Source: Phallusia mammillata
Lineage: Eukaryota
DNA: 64,000 bases
Direction: 5' to 3'
Assembly: GCA_965637545.1 (NCBI GenBank)
Contig: OZ281500.1
Span: 20,522,001-20,586,000, forward strand
In this document: piece by piece, positions 23,454 to 37,600 of the stretch
How positions within the stretch are numbered: position 1 is the first letter of the stretch
Layout of the letters: every line of letters begins with the position of its first letter
Notes under the pieces: model-generated
What the model was told of the DNA's origin: nothing
Database searches by the model: none
What the model saw: only the letters and a program-made list of their open reading frames with translations
Program-made: the position numbers and the translations under genes

Positions 23454-25804
23454 CTTATCACGCCTGGGACTTCTGCGTAATGTCTTGATCTTTTGACGAA
23501 CTATGTTGTATGCTACGTTTCTTCTAATAATAAGATAAAACAGAAAACCAAAGATCGTTTTCGGACTGCATCACTTTGAAACGTTTTCTTGTTTTTAAGA
23601 TAATCGCAGTCATCTTCCATTGGGTCCCGCTATTCCGTGGTTGGGAACCACCACCTTGAGCATTATCGTACACAGCTTATATAAGTGTGAATATTTAGAA
23701 TTTTTTTATAGTTGTGAATACGCTATGAAGAAAAACATTTGGGTTCAAAGTCCCAGTATATCATCAATAAGTTAGAAGTCAGGACGCGTGTAATGTTGAA
23801 ATTTTCACAGTACTTGCTTTATTCAGGAGTCATCCGTCAAGAAAAGATATCACTAAAATTATATCATGTGATTGCTTAATTTTGACATTAAATGTACGCA
23901 GAATGACAAAATATACCAAACACGCTTAAATTGGCATTTTTTAGCGTCTTTGAAACGGTCGTGACTCGGGTCAAGTTATTTCTTAATGAGCTACTTCCGG
24001 ACCCTAACATGTTTTGACACGGATTATAACATTGCTGGTATGTAAGGATGCCCTAAATATGTCACCATGGTTTTTCCCGCGTCGAGTATATGCCAGAAGC
24101 CTGGCAACATATTGACAGTTAATAAAATTAATTGCCCTGTGAATAAGTGCAAGTTGAATGATCTTTGTTCTATGAGGATAAGAAGAGGGTTCACAAAATG
24201 CCAAGTTGTAAAGGAACTTAGTTGTGGTGTATGTATAGCATGTTTTAAGAGTTCCCTACCAACCTGGAACTATGTCACAGACAAAAGACTCTAAACACTT
24301 GACCTGAAACTGATACTTCAAATCGAAAAGTGCGTATCCAGCAAATAAACCCAACTGTTTATTAGAAGCAAAACACTTGTGCCGTAAAACGGCTAACGGC
24401 GTCGATACACGGTATGAAAGGGTATCGTGCCTTTATAGCGGATTGTTATCTGTACAAACAAGGATATACATACAGTACGGAAGTCTAGAGACGCGGCGAA
24501 TGGATTACAAAATTCCGGCAGCTAAACGATTGATAACCTTAAATTTAATGCGCCAATGCCGACGTTCCGTTCCAAGACTGGCTAGGTGAAAACCGACATA
24601 ATCCATTGCAATTGGCTAACATAATGGCGCCAGAATTAGTTTGAAGCAGCAATTTTCCGGTGTCTTGTCTGTTTAATGCACAGACAGAGCTTGTTTATGC
24701 GCCATACATCGGCGGGTACTGTTTGCACAAGATGTCGATAACGGTGTTATTTGAACAAGATGATTTGATTTTAGATAGGTGTCGATTTGGAATTCGAAGG
24801 GGTAGTACAATGAACGATGATTTAAAACGTAAATCGGACGTGCTTTTCTGCCAAAGTGCCGATTTTACCACATTCGTGTCGTATCGAATGGCACTCACGT
24901 ACCATAGCAAAATGCACACAAGCGTAAAAATGTACTAACAGTTGCAAAAATTACTTTACAGCCAATTACAACTGCCTTGTTTCAACATTTAAACAAACAG
25001 CATATGTGTTTCGTCATTATGTGTGGACACGTCACGCAAATGTCGAATTTTAAACATCATGTTAGCAGTGTAACGTTGACTAAGCATATTCAGGACCGTA
25101 TGTTAAGTGTAATGCTCGTAACAGGATGTCAAACAACACCGTGTTTGCGGAAAAGTCCATGCGCTGACGTTAGTAGGCAAAAGGGTGTTGGTAAAACAAG
25201 TTTGATGCGGCCAACAAACGCAGGCGCACAGAAAGAAAACAAAAAGTTGCAAGTGGTGGCCCAACAGCTACTGCTTCAAAATTAAATGCAAAACCAGCGT
25301 CTTTGGGCCAAATTACTCACAGTGATTGAACCTAAAGTTCAGTTACAAGGTGGCAAAAATTGTGCGAAACAGCACATTTGGTTATCTCTGCTAGCACTTG
25401 TTGATTAATTATTACTAAATTTACTGTACAGCTTGGTTGAATGACCCATAAGCTAGAAGCAAATTACCCTGTTCCCAACTTGGGAAACTGGCAAAAATGC
25501 CTTTTTATGTTTTTGAGTATTTGACGCTACAGACTGGCAGCAATTATTGAGTGACAGACTAAATGTTGGATTAAACCAAACACATGCTGTACATGACATT
25601 TTGGCAATGGTTCATGACATACACGATAGAGTTTAAAATTATATGCATGTACACTTACTGTGCAGTTTAAGAAGCAAATCTGATATCAAAACGCAACTAC
25701 CTCCCAGCAAGAGCAATTGTGCCCAGTGTACTAAAATAATTAAGGCAATGTTTAGGGCAGATCACAAAGCTCATCTGCCAGGGGGATAAGGAAGTACAGC
25801 AACA

Positions 25805-26865
25805 TCAATCTTTCTTTTTATCTTTGTCTGCTTCGCTATCACTCATATCTGAGTAGTCGGTTGGCTCCTCTCCAGGTTTCAGCAGTTTGCCCACAAAATC
25901 ATACTTTTCTAAAATTATCGCAAGCAGGAGGTTAAGAATTTGGTGTTTGGACCAAAGCACAGCATTTTTCCACTATGAAAAATACTTTCAAGAACACACT
26001 AAGTACCTGAAAATTGCATTTCCCATTCTCGCACACTTTCCATTTCCATTGCATTTAAATCACTTATATCATCATATTCATCTTTAATTGCATCTTTGTC
26101 CAACCTAAACTGTGCCAAACCACGAGAAGCATCCCGTCCGGCAAATACACCATATGGTCCGTCTGCAGCAGTTTTTAACTCGTTTCTCAACGAAAACATG
26201 GTTTTGAAAATCCTATACTAACCTGGACCATAAAATGCCTTTCCTCTGGTTACATCAAACACTTTTCCATTAACAGCCATTAATATTCTTCCATCATTTT
26301 TCACACCATCAAATTCCTTTAGTTCACTTATTGTCATGTCCTGTTGTTTAAGCTTCGGTAATCCAGGATTTGGGGGTGGGCCAAAGTCCTGAGGAAGTTT
26401 TTTGTTAAATTTAGTAATCTGGGAATGAGTGATTTTCAGGATTAAAAGCAAAAAAACACATATATGTGTTTAAAAAAAACAGTTTAAAAAAGAAAATAAT
26501 GCTCAAATAGACAGGTGTAACTGATATGGCCCCTCAAATCATTGATGATTGCATAAGCGTTTGCCGAAACGTTAGAATAGTACAGCATATCACCTTTTCT
26601 GTCTATTTAGGTCTTTATTTTCCTCTTTTAAAGCAACATGTCATAAATATTTCCAAACAATAAGCAGGCACTACAGTACTATGAAGTACCATGAGGTAAA
26701 TAAAGCTGAACACATCAAACTATAACACAAGTCAATCATTTTTACCTCTGTAGAGTTGCCTCTGACTATTTTATACAACAAATAGGCGCAGACCGATAGT
26801 AAAACAAGATTAATAGGATTGGTTACAAGACTAACGAAGATTCCTTCTCCACCCTCTTCACCCAT
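25805..26865 (-). CDS. PGRMC: Membrane-associated progesterone receptor component (MAPR, cytochrome b5-like heme/steroid-binding)
   Basis: Exons 26746-26865, 26223-26388, 26007-26162, 25805-25908. N-terminal TM; motifs [32 protein letters not shown] and [16 protein letters not shown]. Confidence 0.95.
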
Positions 26866-27926
26866 TGTAGGACCGCAGTAAAACTCTTTGCGACAGAAGA
26901 AGTCTAAATGAAAATGCTGTTCGATATTACTGTAAAATCTAAAATTGATAAACAAATGTACTGCAAAAATATCAGGAAGCACAAAAACATACAGCGACCA
27001 TGTTACAAAAAACAATACCAGTGTTAGGAAGTTTATGTGTAGAACATGTAACAATTTCCTGTTTATTATTTAATACTTTTTGACACAAATGGATGAAACA
27101 AATATCAATACACAGTTTTGACACAAATACAGGCAACAAAAAAGCAATATGGAATGTGAACTATTTTGTTATTATTATACAGCTACAAAAATATCTTTTC
27201 TATCTAGTCCTGACTTTTCTCAGAAACAGAAAGGCAAACTGCGGATGTTGAATCTTATAGTAAGCGCATAAACGACCACAATCGTTTAAATCGATAAGTG
27301 CTTAGTACACAACATGCAGTCCTAACTGTAAGGTTAATGCCGACTGCTGACCCTACGTACGCACATTTCTTCATCAACATGCATTTTTTGATTTGCTAGA
27401 ACAGCATATTCGTAAAAAAACGCAACATGCAGTTCACAAACAATTTCTGCATCACTCTTTGCATTAAATCTTTGCATTAAGTCGTAAATCATTGACGTCA
27501 TGACACTTTTTTTACACAGAGATAATAAGCAAAACATGTTTTTATGAATCAAGGATAAAAACATAAAAAGTCAAGAAACTTTTGTTTTACAATTTTTTGT
27601 CGGAAAAACAAAAAATAAAAATATAGGATACAATGTACAGACTGATACTTGTATTTTCTAACAACTTTAAAGCAGATCTAATCTTAAAAGAAACTGTTTC
27701 AAATTCAACAATTTTAGTGAATATTATTACTTACTGGATAAATTGTGTTAAAAATATTGTTATAACGTCGTTTTGTAGCGAAAAAAAGTAATAATATGGT
27801 TGTTTATGGTTCGTCGAATTTACCAAGTGAAGCCATGCGCATGTCGGATTGCCAGTCTTCAGCAAACCAAACCATTTAATATTTTTTAGAGAAAGAATTT
27901 TCGAAGTTTTCCTGTACAGTGTAGCA
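26866..27926. promoter_or_regulatory. Divergent (bidirectional) promoter region of PGRMC and NUP58
   Basis: Start codons are head-to-head ~1.06 kb apart. TGACGTCA at 27493-27500. Confidence 0.45.
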
Positions 27927-30900
27927 ATGAATTTCAAAGGCTTTGGTTCTGCTGCAACAAGCAATTCTGGTTCTACAGGTTTTACATTTGGGTAAGCTCT
28001 ATACTTTTATCATTTTTGTTTTAGAACAAAAAAATTGAGTTTTTTTGTATTTTTTGTAGAAAGACTCCAGCCACCACTGCGACAGGATTTGGCCAACAAA
28101 CTGGCACTACTGGTTCAACTGGATTTACATTTGGGTAAATACAAATAATGGTACCAGGAAAAGAAATAGGGTGACACTAAAACGCTGAATGGGCGGGAGC
28201 GGGACGTCGCGGAACCGCTAAATATCGGGTAAATTGCTGATGGTTAGTGCTATTAGGGTTGGGTTGGGGTTTTATAATAGTACACAAATAAAAAAATGTC
28301 CCTGCCTAAAACTTATTCAGCTGTTTCTTGACATTCAGCAAAAACGCTTGGGCGGGAAGACTCCCTCGGCCGCTGAACGTTTCCCTCGGTCGCGGAAGGT
28401 ATCCGGGCAAAAAAAATTATTTTTAATGATTTTATATTATAAAACCTTATCCCAACCTTAATAGCACTAACCGTCAGCAATTTAACCCGATATTCAGCGG
28501 TTTTCACGTCGCCCCGCCATCTCCTGCCCGTCCCGCCCATTCAGCGTTTTAGTGTCACCCAAAGAAATATGCCAGACTTGTTGGTTTAAGTTTTCATGTA
28601 CTCTAGTTTTTTTTGTATGAAAGATAGAATTAAGATGACCCTTCATCCACTCTACCTTTCTGGTAGGCAAAAACTGTTGGCATATTTCTTGAATTGCTGT
28701 GATAAACAATGATCATTTTTTGACTCATAAAGCTATCTATTGTTAAGACACTGAGGCAGTTTAACAGTTTCTGAAATGCTCATATCCAAGATCTGTTTTA
28801 GTTCTACAGCAACCACAACAAGCAGCACAGGATTTTCACTTGGAGGAGCTGCCAGCACATCTGCAGGAACAGGTTTTTCATTTCCAACCAAAGGATCGAC
28901 AACAGGTACCTCTAAAAATTGTGCAGAGAAATGACTGAAACAAAACATTTAGAATTATGGCAAGGTATCGCAGTCTGTTTGAATGAAATACATATTGTTT
29001 TTGTCCGTATTTTTTTTTTCTTTTTTCCCGTCTAACGCGGATTTGGTCAAGAAAGAATGGTTCAAACTTTTTCAAATTTACACACATTACAGATATTGAT
29101 CTAAAGTTGGTCCATGTGAATTTTGACCCCGTTTGACCCCTAAGTTCACCCACAGCCCCCCAAAACGTGCAATTTTTAGCGCAGATTTGTTCCCACGTTT
29201 TGGTCAAGAAAAAATGGTTCAAACTTTTTCAAATTTACACACATTATAGTTGTTGGTCTAAAGATGGTCCATGTGAATTTTGACCCCGTTTGATCCCTCG
29301 GTTCACCCACAGCCCCCCAAAACGTGAAATTTTTGAAACGGCTATACTTGCTAAAGCAGATGATTCTGGAGTTTCATACTTTTTTGATTGGTACATTGCA
29401 GCGTATTTTAAAGTATTTTGTAACTTGAAGTTGTATATATCCATTTTCACCCCCTTACCCCCAAATGTTTGTTTGTTTGTTCACATGTTAATAAGGTCAG
29501 AAATACAAACTTAACCTGCTGAAATTTTAAACAGCTGTGGATAGGGTACTCCTTATCGGCTGTTAAAAATTTCAGTGCAATCGGCTCAGTAATAGTAAAA
29601 ATATGTTTTTACATGCTGTCTTTTGTCAAATTTGTGCTCGCTCTGTGCACAGCTGATGCAATGGGAGTGATTGACGATAGTCGCGCATGGAAAAAATGCC
29701 TCTGCTTCACGCATGAATGCAGTCGCCACTTGACCATTTTCTCACTGGTTTGAATTAACATGTTACGATGTTAGTGATATTGCGCTGTAAACGTTAACGC
29801 TGCGGGGTCACGGCAGGGACAGGCGATGTGTATGACATCATGACTGTCTTGGCCTGTCGCTCAGTGCACAGCTGACGCAATGGGAGTGATTGACGATAGT
29901 GACGCATGGAAAAAATGCCTCTGCTTCATGCATGAACGCAGTCGTCACTTGACCATTTCTTATTGGTATTAAGATGTTACGATGTTAGTTATATTGCGCT
30001 GTAAACGTTAATCTAGGTCAACTTTTTCGTGTTTCGAAACGCAGAGCGACAACGCCTCACTATTTGTTACACCTGTGTAACCTAACTTCTCAAACTGAAA
30101 GCGTTAATAAAATTGTTTCAGAACAGGTTTTGGACATAAAAAGCCCAGCTAAGCAATCATATTGATGGTATGTAGAAACTTAACGGCGCCAGGGAACGCT
30201 ATGTGTGGATTAAAAATCATAATTCAACCAACTCAACCAAAGCCAATTCAACCAATTCAACCAAAGGGCTGTGACTGTTACAAAACAAAAGTTTATAAAT
30301 ATTTCTTAAATACGTCAAATTTCATCTGTGCAATTCAAATTCTTACCTAGCATATGCATGCGCCATTCATCCTGTTACGAACTCAAAATATATGTGGGTG
30401 TGGGGACCCATTGGTTTTTGCTAGCAAAAACAATTATGTTATAACAGGCCACAAAGTATTGGTACCATACTGAATGTATCCATCAAATATATATCCCTTA
30501 CAATTATAACAAATGGTGCGTAAATATGGCACAGTTTCTGTAAAATGGAATATATAGGAAAATCACTATTCCAGTTTAACAATGATTGTGCCCTATTTTT
30601 ACTGTTACCAAATCGCATGTGCACATGTGTGGGGACCCATTAGATTATGCTTGCAGAAACAATTATGGTATAAAGTGCCAGGAAAAAGATAGGGACCCAA
30701 TGAAATGTAGGTGCCAAATATATATCCATTATAAATATAGTAAATCAATATGTGATACATCGTTAAATATGATGTAGTATATATAAACTGGCAATATATA
30801 GGAAAACCACTATTCTAGTTTAAACTAGTAGCTGTTGTCTTTACTCCTTGCCACTTTATTTCTAAAAAAAACTCCCATTGACATCATTTCTCTTCAAAAG

Positions 30901-32924
30901 TTGGTTTTCACTAGGCCTTACTTTTGTGAATTTTCGACTTTGTAATTGTTGAGTGCAATTGTGCCTCTATATGTGTTTTTCCAAGCGAAAACTCAAATAC
31001 CATTCAAAGACATATTCTGAATTTAGGGCTTCTGTATTAGACTAGACCAGGATTTCAAAAATTTAACTAGTGGTTAATTTGACTCACTTAAAGGGAAAAC
31101 TAAGTAAGAATAAAAATTTAGGTTCTGTTGGATTAACATGTAACAAAAAACTCTGGGTTCAATTTTAGTGTGAAAATTTGCATTGGTAAATGACAAAAAA
31201 AATCAGAACGCATGGAATAAACATCATTGAATTCGCCATTACAGCCAGTTCAACAACTCCCAGCTTGGGACTGGGATCTTCTTTGCAACAAACCACAACA
31301 AAGCCTGCCTTTAAAGGACTTGGGGGAGTTGATCCAAGTGTTTCCACATCTAACAGCAATGGTAATGGTAACAAAAATGACACCATAAGTCAAGCTGTGA
31401 AAGAGCAAAATGTTCCAGACGAAATCTGCAAGGATGTCAAATCCTTCGAGTATGCATTATAGATTTTGTGCAGTCTAATTGTACTACCTGTGTATTAAAA
31501 TCAATTTTCAATGTTTCAGGGAATATGTGACAAAACAGAAGGCAGAAAGCAATGAGGTTGGAAAATTTTCTGTCCATTCTTTGCACAAAATAAATGAAGA
31601 AATAGGTAGTCTTTCATCAGCTTTGGCTGTAATTTCGACAGCTGTCCAGAGGTAAGTTTATTACCACCATCCAATCAACCATAGTTACAAAACATTAAGT
31701 AAAACCATTCCCTTGTCCTCAGGAATAAATCGGCAGTGGATAAACTCCGAGCAGAGTTTGGTTCTCAGTTGTGCTACACAGAAATGGCCCAAAGGACGCA
31801 AGACATCCCACCAACATTGCAACATGAAAACACTGCCCCGCTTATGTTGGTCTATGTTAAATATTTTAAAATTGAACATTTGTTTAGAAACATATGTAAT
31901 TTTAGGTATTTTGTTGACTTGGTCATGGAATTTGGAGAGAGTATGCAAATTTATCGACAACAAATAGAAGAACTTGAAAATCACCTGCATTCCCTGTCAC
32001 AGCCATCCAATCTGACACCACAAGGTGGGTTTTCCCATTGTCTTTGCAACTGTTTCTGTCATTACCTTACCCAATGCTTTTCAGACATATCAGTTGCTCT
32101 GTGCAAAATGCAGGAGAGTTTTATTTCGCTTGCATCCAATCTTCACTCTATTCACGACAGTGTGAAGGTATGAAGGTTTTGTTGTGAAGTATTATAAGAT
32201 GTATATAACCGTTACAAATTTTTTCAGCACATTAAAGAGCAATACCTCGCGTATCGTCATATGGTGGTAGGAGACTCCACGGATATCTTTGCTGCACAAA
32301 AGAAGACAAAACCAAGTATAGATTCTTGAACCAAATAAAAAAAACATTGTAAAAGAGATGTATTTTGGTCAATGCAGATTCTGTTAAAAGTCCTGGGTCC
32401 CAAGGCCCAGCACCCCTTAGTAACATGAGCAACATGGCTGCGCTGGCCATGGCAACCATGCTGCAGCAGCCCCAGCAGAACCAACAGGCCCCTCCTTCTC
32501 AAGGCTTGGTAAAGCCTGCGTTTGGCTCAGGTAGTAAAAACCAACATTAATTTACTGTTTTGTGCTCAAGCCAAACCCGGGTTTACTTACTTAGCTACAG
32601 GCAGTCTATTCGGTTCAACTGCTGCGCCTACTGGTAGTGGCTTGTTCGGGTCTACCAAGACAGGATCTACAGGATTTGCGTCTTCAAACCCCCTTAGACC
32701 AGCTCTAAGTGCAGGTAGGTTGATACAGTGTAACAATGGTTTCAATGTTTTCACCTAAAACGACTACACCCTCAGGATTTAACCCAGCGTCTAGTGGTGG
32801 AAGCGCATTCTTTGGCAACACAACCTTTAACTCGAGTGCTGGGGTTACATTCGGTGGGACTGCTTTGAACAAAACCTTCGATTTAAAGCCTCCACCCGCT
32901 GCAAGCAAAAGGAATCGAAAATAA
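27927..32924 (+). CDS. NUP58: Nucleoporin p58/p45
   Basis: FG-rich exons 27927-27991, 28060-28134, 28802-28905, then further exons from ~31245. Motifs LQHENTAP, YRQQIEELENHL, LKEQYLAYR and C-terminal FDLKPPPAASKRNRK match NUP58. Confidence 0.93.
28169..28560. mobile_element. Mutator-like (MULE) MITE, 392 bp, in NUP58 intron 2
   Basis: TIR GGGTGACACTAAAACGCTGAATGGGCGGGA...TCCCGCCCATTCAGCGTTTTAGTGTCACCC, imperfect for >100 bp. Perfect 9-bp TSD AAAGAAATA. Confidence 0.9.
29045..30830. repeat. Three consecutive tandem dimers in NUP58 intron 3 (periods ~157, ~219, ~229 bp)
   Basis: ggtcaagaaa at 29045/29202; gtgcacagctga at 29645/29864; ggggaccca at 30402/30631. Confidence 0.8.
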
Positions 32925-33768
32925 TGTTGTTTTTTGTTCGAATTATTTTCACTGCCCATTGACCTGCTGTCGTTTCCACTCCCTAGACTATTTTGTGCAA
33001 AATGTTTTTCATTTTATTAAAATACAACACAGTCACAACTTGATATTCACAGCAACTAGTATTAGGTTATGGTGGGCAGTTAATTAGACGCTTTCAGAGC
33101 CCCACATGAAGCATTATGTCTTGGATGAAACTATTGTACTGGAAGACTTGAAATCAAAAGTAGATACAACATATGGACCCAAGTAAAAACAAACGTTAAT
33201 TTTATGACAGTTAAAAAAATGCATGACTAAACCGTTCAAGGTGTTGACCACTCCATTGAAATGCATGGGTAAATTTTACTTGTCAGACCTATATTATGCT
33301 TCAAGGCTGCACAGATTACCAAAATACAATAATTTACTAATTGAGTGTGTGTTAAATGCTGCTTATAGCACCTATGTACAAATATACTGAGAAATTATTT
33401 ATCCATAATATCAGCAAAGGCATATTGGTACATCATGCTCAAATGGATAATTTTTTCAAAAAACAATAGACATGTGCCAATGCCACAGCTGTTGGAACAT
33501 AGCACACAAAATAAAATTAAATGTACTGCACTGCTTCCAAGTTGACTAATAAAGGCTGTGCTGCACAAAAAAATAGCAACAAAGTCGCGCAAATCAGTCA
33601 TTATATGAAGAAATGGAAATATTGAAAAAAACTTTACAAATCGTGTGAAAGTTGAACATACAACAATTTCAGGGAAATTTGCTTAAAGTGCTCGCAAATA
33701 GCTTCATATTAAGATAACCATGCCATGAAAATGGTGTTTCACGTGACATATTAGTACAACAGTTACTG

Positions 33769-34006
33769 CAGTGGTTCCCAACTGGGGAGGAATTTTAAAA
33801 CTTGACAGGAGGAATTTACTTTTATTTGTACATGTGATTAGTAAATAGACACTTTGGCTCTGGAAATATGACCTGTGACGTTGATAAAAGACTGAATTTT
33901 AAATGGTCTTTGCATGTCTTAGCATCTACTATGTAGCATGTGGGAGGAATAAAAATGTTTTTAATTGTTAGGGGAGGAATCTGCCAATAAAGGTTTGGAA
34001 CCACTG
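33769..34006. mobile_element. hAT MITE between the NUP58 and UBL3 3' ends
   Basis: TIR CAGTGGTTCCCAA...TTGGAACCACTG. 8-bp TSD agttactg/ggttactg. Confidence 0.85.
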
Positions 34007-34630
34007 GGTTACTGTATCAAACGCCGTTTGTAGTGTTACAGATTTAGTTGAGAGAAACCAGCCTTAAAACAAACCAAACAAAACAGACCAAATTCCCCAG
34101 CAAATATGATTACAGTTTAGGGTTTAAAAATCTAAGACATAGTGCCAACAATTTTAATTCATATGGCTGATTTTAGAAACTTTTTGATATGTAAGCACAA
34201 TTTTAAACTGCAGATTAATGCCCCAAACCATAAACCCGATTTTTCTGGTCCACTTTTTTGATGCATAAAGTTGTGGTCAAGTTAAGAAAATTTGTGAAAC
34301 GCAATACAAGACTAAACCAATGCCTAAAAATTCTGGTTTGCATGCAAGACTGGTGCAAACACAGAAATTAATCGGTGCCACAAGAGCAGAAATGCGTAGT
34401 AAGGGCATGTGATGAACAATACAAAAAAGAATCAAAAAATCTCAACCACACATATCACTCTGAACAAAAACAGAGTAAGAAGATAGAACAATACACAAAA
34501 AGAGTAAATTGACCACCATGAGAATAATAATTTAACATGTTAAGTATGGGTTTACTTGACTGTCTGATGTTCTTGACATGGGGCCATGTCCAAAAATGAA
34601 CCATATTGTCTTTTTAGTGCATCCATTGAT

Positions 34631-37600
34631 TTACAAAATGCAACAACATAATTGACAACGTCCTTCTCGACTTTTTTCTCTGCTTCTTTGCTCTGTTGAC
34701 AAGTAGCATGCATTTGAAAAGTATATGTATTTCTATAAGATACATATTTCTATCGCACCTATGTTAAGATTGTGAAATGTTTTAAAATGCAGGCAACTCC
34801 CAAAAGCATTTAAATTACAAAAATCTCATTATAAAACACAAATATGCACCTAGTCTAAAAATACAGTTTTTCCCTTTAGATGTTAAACAGGAAAAGGCAA
34901 ATACAGGTCATACAATCATAAAGGTGTTGACATTTAGATCCTAGCTACACAACATACCTTGCGAATGAGGTTCTGGCAATGTTTCTCGGCATACAAGATG
35001 CATCACTGTCATTTTTCCAACAGGAATTTTCAAAGCTTCACAAAACAACAATTGAATAAATTAATGTACTGGTAAGGTTTAAAAGTTTGCCCTTTATATC
35101 CTGTCGTGTAGGTCAGTGCTTTTAACTGGTTGTCACACAATTTTTAATGGGTGTACCATATACAATATACTGTTGGCCAGGTATCACAATAGGCATGTTT
35201 ATGTTTTAGTCCAGACTGACTGGAGTGTACAATACATGGTACAACATGTATCTCAATTGTACATAGCTTGTAAGTTACTATATTTTATTTGTGACGTCAT
35301 AATTTATTATTTCTCACGGCAATCGTTGGTAAGTGTTCCTTTTGCAGTGGAAAGTGAATTGCAATTTACAGTTTTCACTAATTGTTTGCCATAAAATAAA
35401 TGATCATGGACTTGCATTGTGCTTATCCTTATTCCTGATAGGACTACTGATTCAGTGTATTACAAGGGTGAATACGCATTTGTACACATTTTAAGAGAAA
35501 CCTTAAAAGTGTGTACCAAATAAAAGGTTGACAAGCACTGCTGTAGATTACAATTTACCACTATAAACATTAAATATGCACCTAGTCAAAAATATATTAT
35601 ATACTTTCCAAACTACTTTGTATTCCCAGAATAAGTTTTTATTCTCTAAATGCAATTCCTAAGATGTGAACAATTATAGTTTCAGAACACAATTAGTAAC
35701 TAATTGGGTATACTGAAGTGAGTTATAGTTCTATAACTTCTAAGTGAGTTATATATATATATATATTAGGCAATAATTACATACAGTTTACATAGAGGTG
35801 ACTTGGTAATGTGACAACAATGGACAAAGTGGCTACTGCTGTAGACTGATAATGAGAGATGGCGTAAATTGTGACATTTATGTTGAACAGCTTTAGCAAC
35901 TGTATGTATTAGCTTAACAAGCGAACAGAAAAGGTCATGTTTACACTAACAGGCAATATTGAACATAAGTAAATTCTAATGTTTATTTGCTATAATCAAA
36001 TACTGAACAATATTATACGAGATAATGTATACAAAAATAATAGCCTAATGGATGTGACAAGTCAGAAACTATTTAATACTGGGTTGAAATATGTTAGCTT
36101 TCTGGACATAAATGTTTTCCAATCTGTGGATATAGTAGGAGAGGTTGAAATCTTAAGAATTTCAACAAAAATCATTTTATCAATACATATATTTGATATA
36201 TACTGTATTTATACGATTGTAAGCCATGCCTTATAAAGTTTTTTACACTACCATTTAGGCGGTTTACATTCGAGGGCAGCTTACATTTTCATTTCATACT
36301 GGTATAATTTCAACACCCCTACTTTTTGACTTATTTAGCGATCACAATTCTCTTGCATGATGGATTTACATGTCAACAAACACTCTGATGGGTGATATTG
36401 TTTGGGTAACTAACAATTCTTGACAACTAGTTATACATTGTAGCAACAGGCAGAAAAATTATAAAACACTATTATCTAACTTCATGGGAAGTGGTTTACA
36501 ATCAAGGGCGGCTTACATTATTTTTTTGACACCTTAAGCTGCGGCTTACAATAGATGGCGGCTTATAATCAGGCGTGGCTTACAGTCAAGTAGATATGGT
36601 ACTGCTTTAAATAATGGCAATACAAGTCCACAGGACCAGAGACAATACAAACCTCCTAAAGTTGCATTTCCATGTAGAAATCTGCCTTGGTAAATAAGTC
36701 GCAAAACATCATGTGACGTTGCTGTGTCTTCGGTCCACTCTGCAAAGTAAACACGACAAGGGCTTGTTAAACATTTTAAAACACTGCACAACTGAAAATT
36801 GGACACACAAACACATTTGAAACCCACATTGGAATATGTAGTACTGGTACTAAACCGATTCACTAACAAAATGGTGTTTAAATAACATAAACAAAAACCA
36901 TACTCCAAAGTGAAATGTTATTAAGTTTAAGAATGATTTTTGTGGAAAGGACAATAATGATTTGAAAAATAAGTCATTATATTTCACCACCGTGACTAAA
37001 TACTATTTTGTGTGTCAGCAAGGTATTCAAACAAGCAAAAGAAGATCATTATATACTTTGTGATATATGACTTGTTCTAATTATATACATACACTTTGAC
37101 TAAACCCTAATTCAAGCGCTATAAAAATGTTACCATTATAATGTACATGTGATATAAGGACATTTGAGTCATTTTGTAATCACATTGTTATAAGAATGCA
37201 AGCAGTGAGTGGTTCTTGCAAATTAAGATGTCTGCTTCCATTGATTGACCTACATTTTCTGCATGTTTGGTATTTACATACTGTATGTGACCCAGGCTGT
37301 AACTTGCAGAATGTATAGGACAACTGTTCACACTGTTAATGTGTGTAGAAATACATTGTCCAAAAACTGTTTGTTGCAGATGAGTTTAAACTTGCACTAC
37401 AACAATCAAAATTGATAGGAACAAAATGGCATTTTGTGTGTGTGTGTTCAAAACAAAACTTTAAACCAATGGTTCTCAAACTTTTCAAACATTAACAAAC
37501 TATAATTTCTTGTCATGTCACACACATCAGGCAAACAACACGAAAAGTTGTAAAAAAAGGTCAATTTGCAACTTTGTCTTGAGTTTTTTTGTGACAAATA

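Noticed and set aside
26542-26575. TTGATGA...GAAACGTT hammerhead-like remnant in PGRMC intron 1
   Set aside because: C3 is mutated, the stem II closing pair is mismatched, and there is no stem I.
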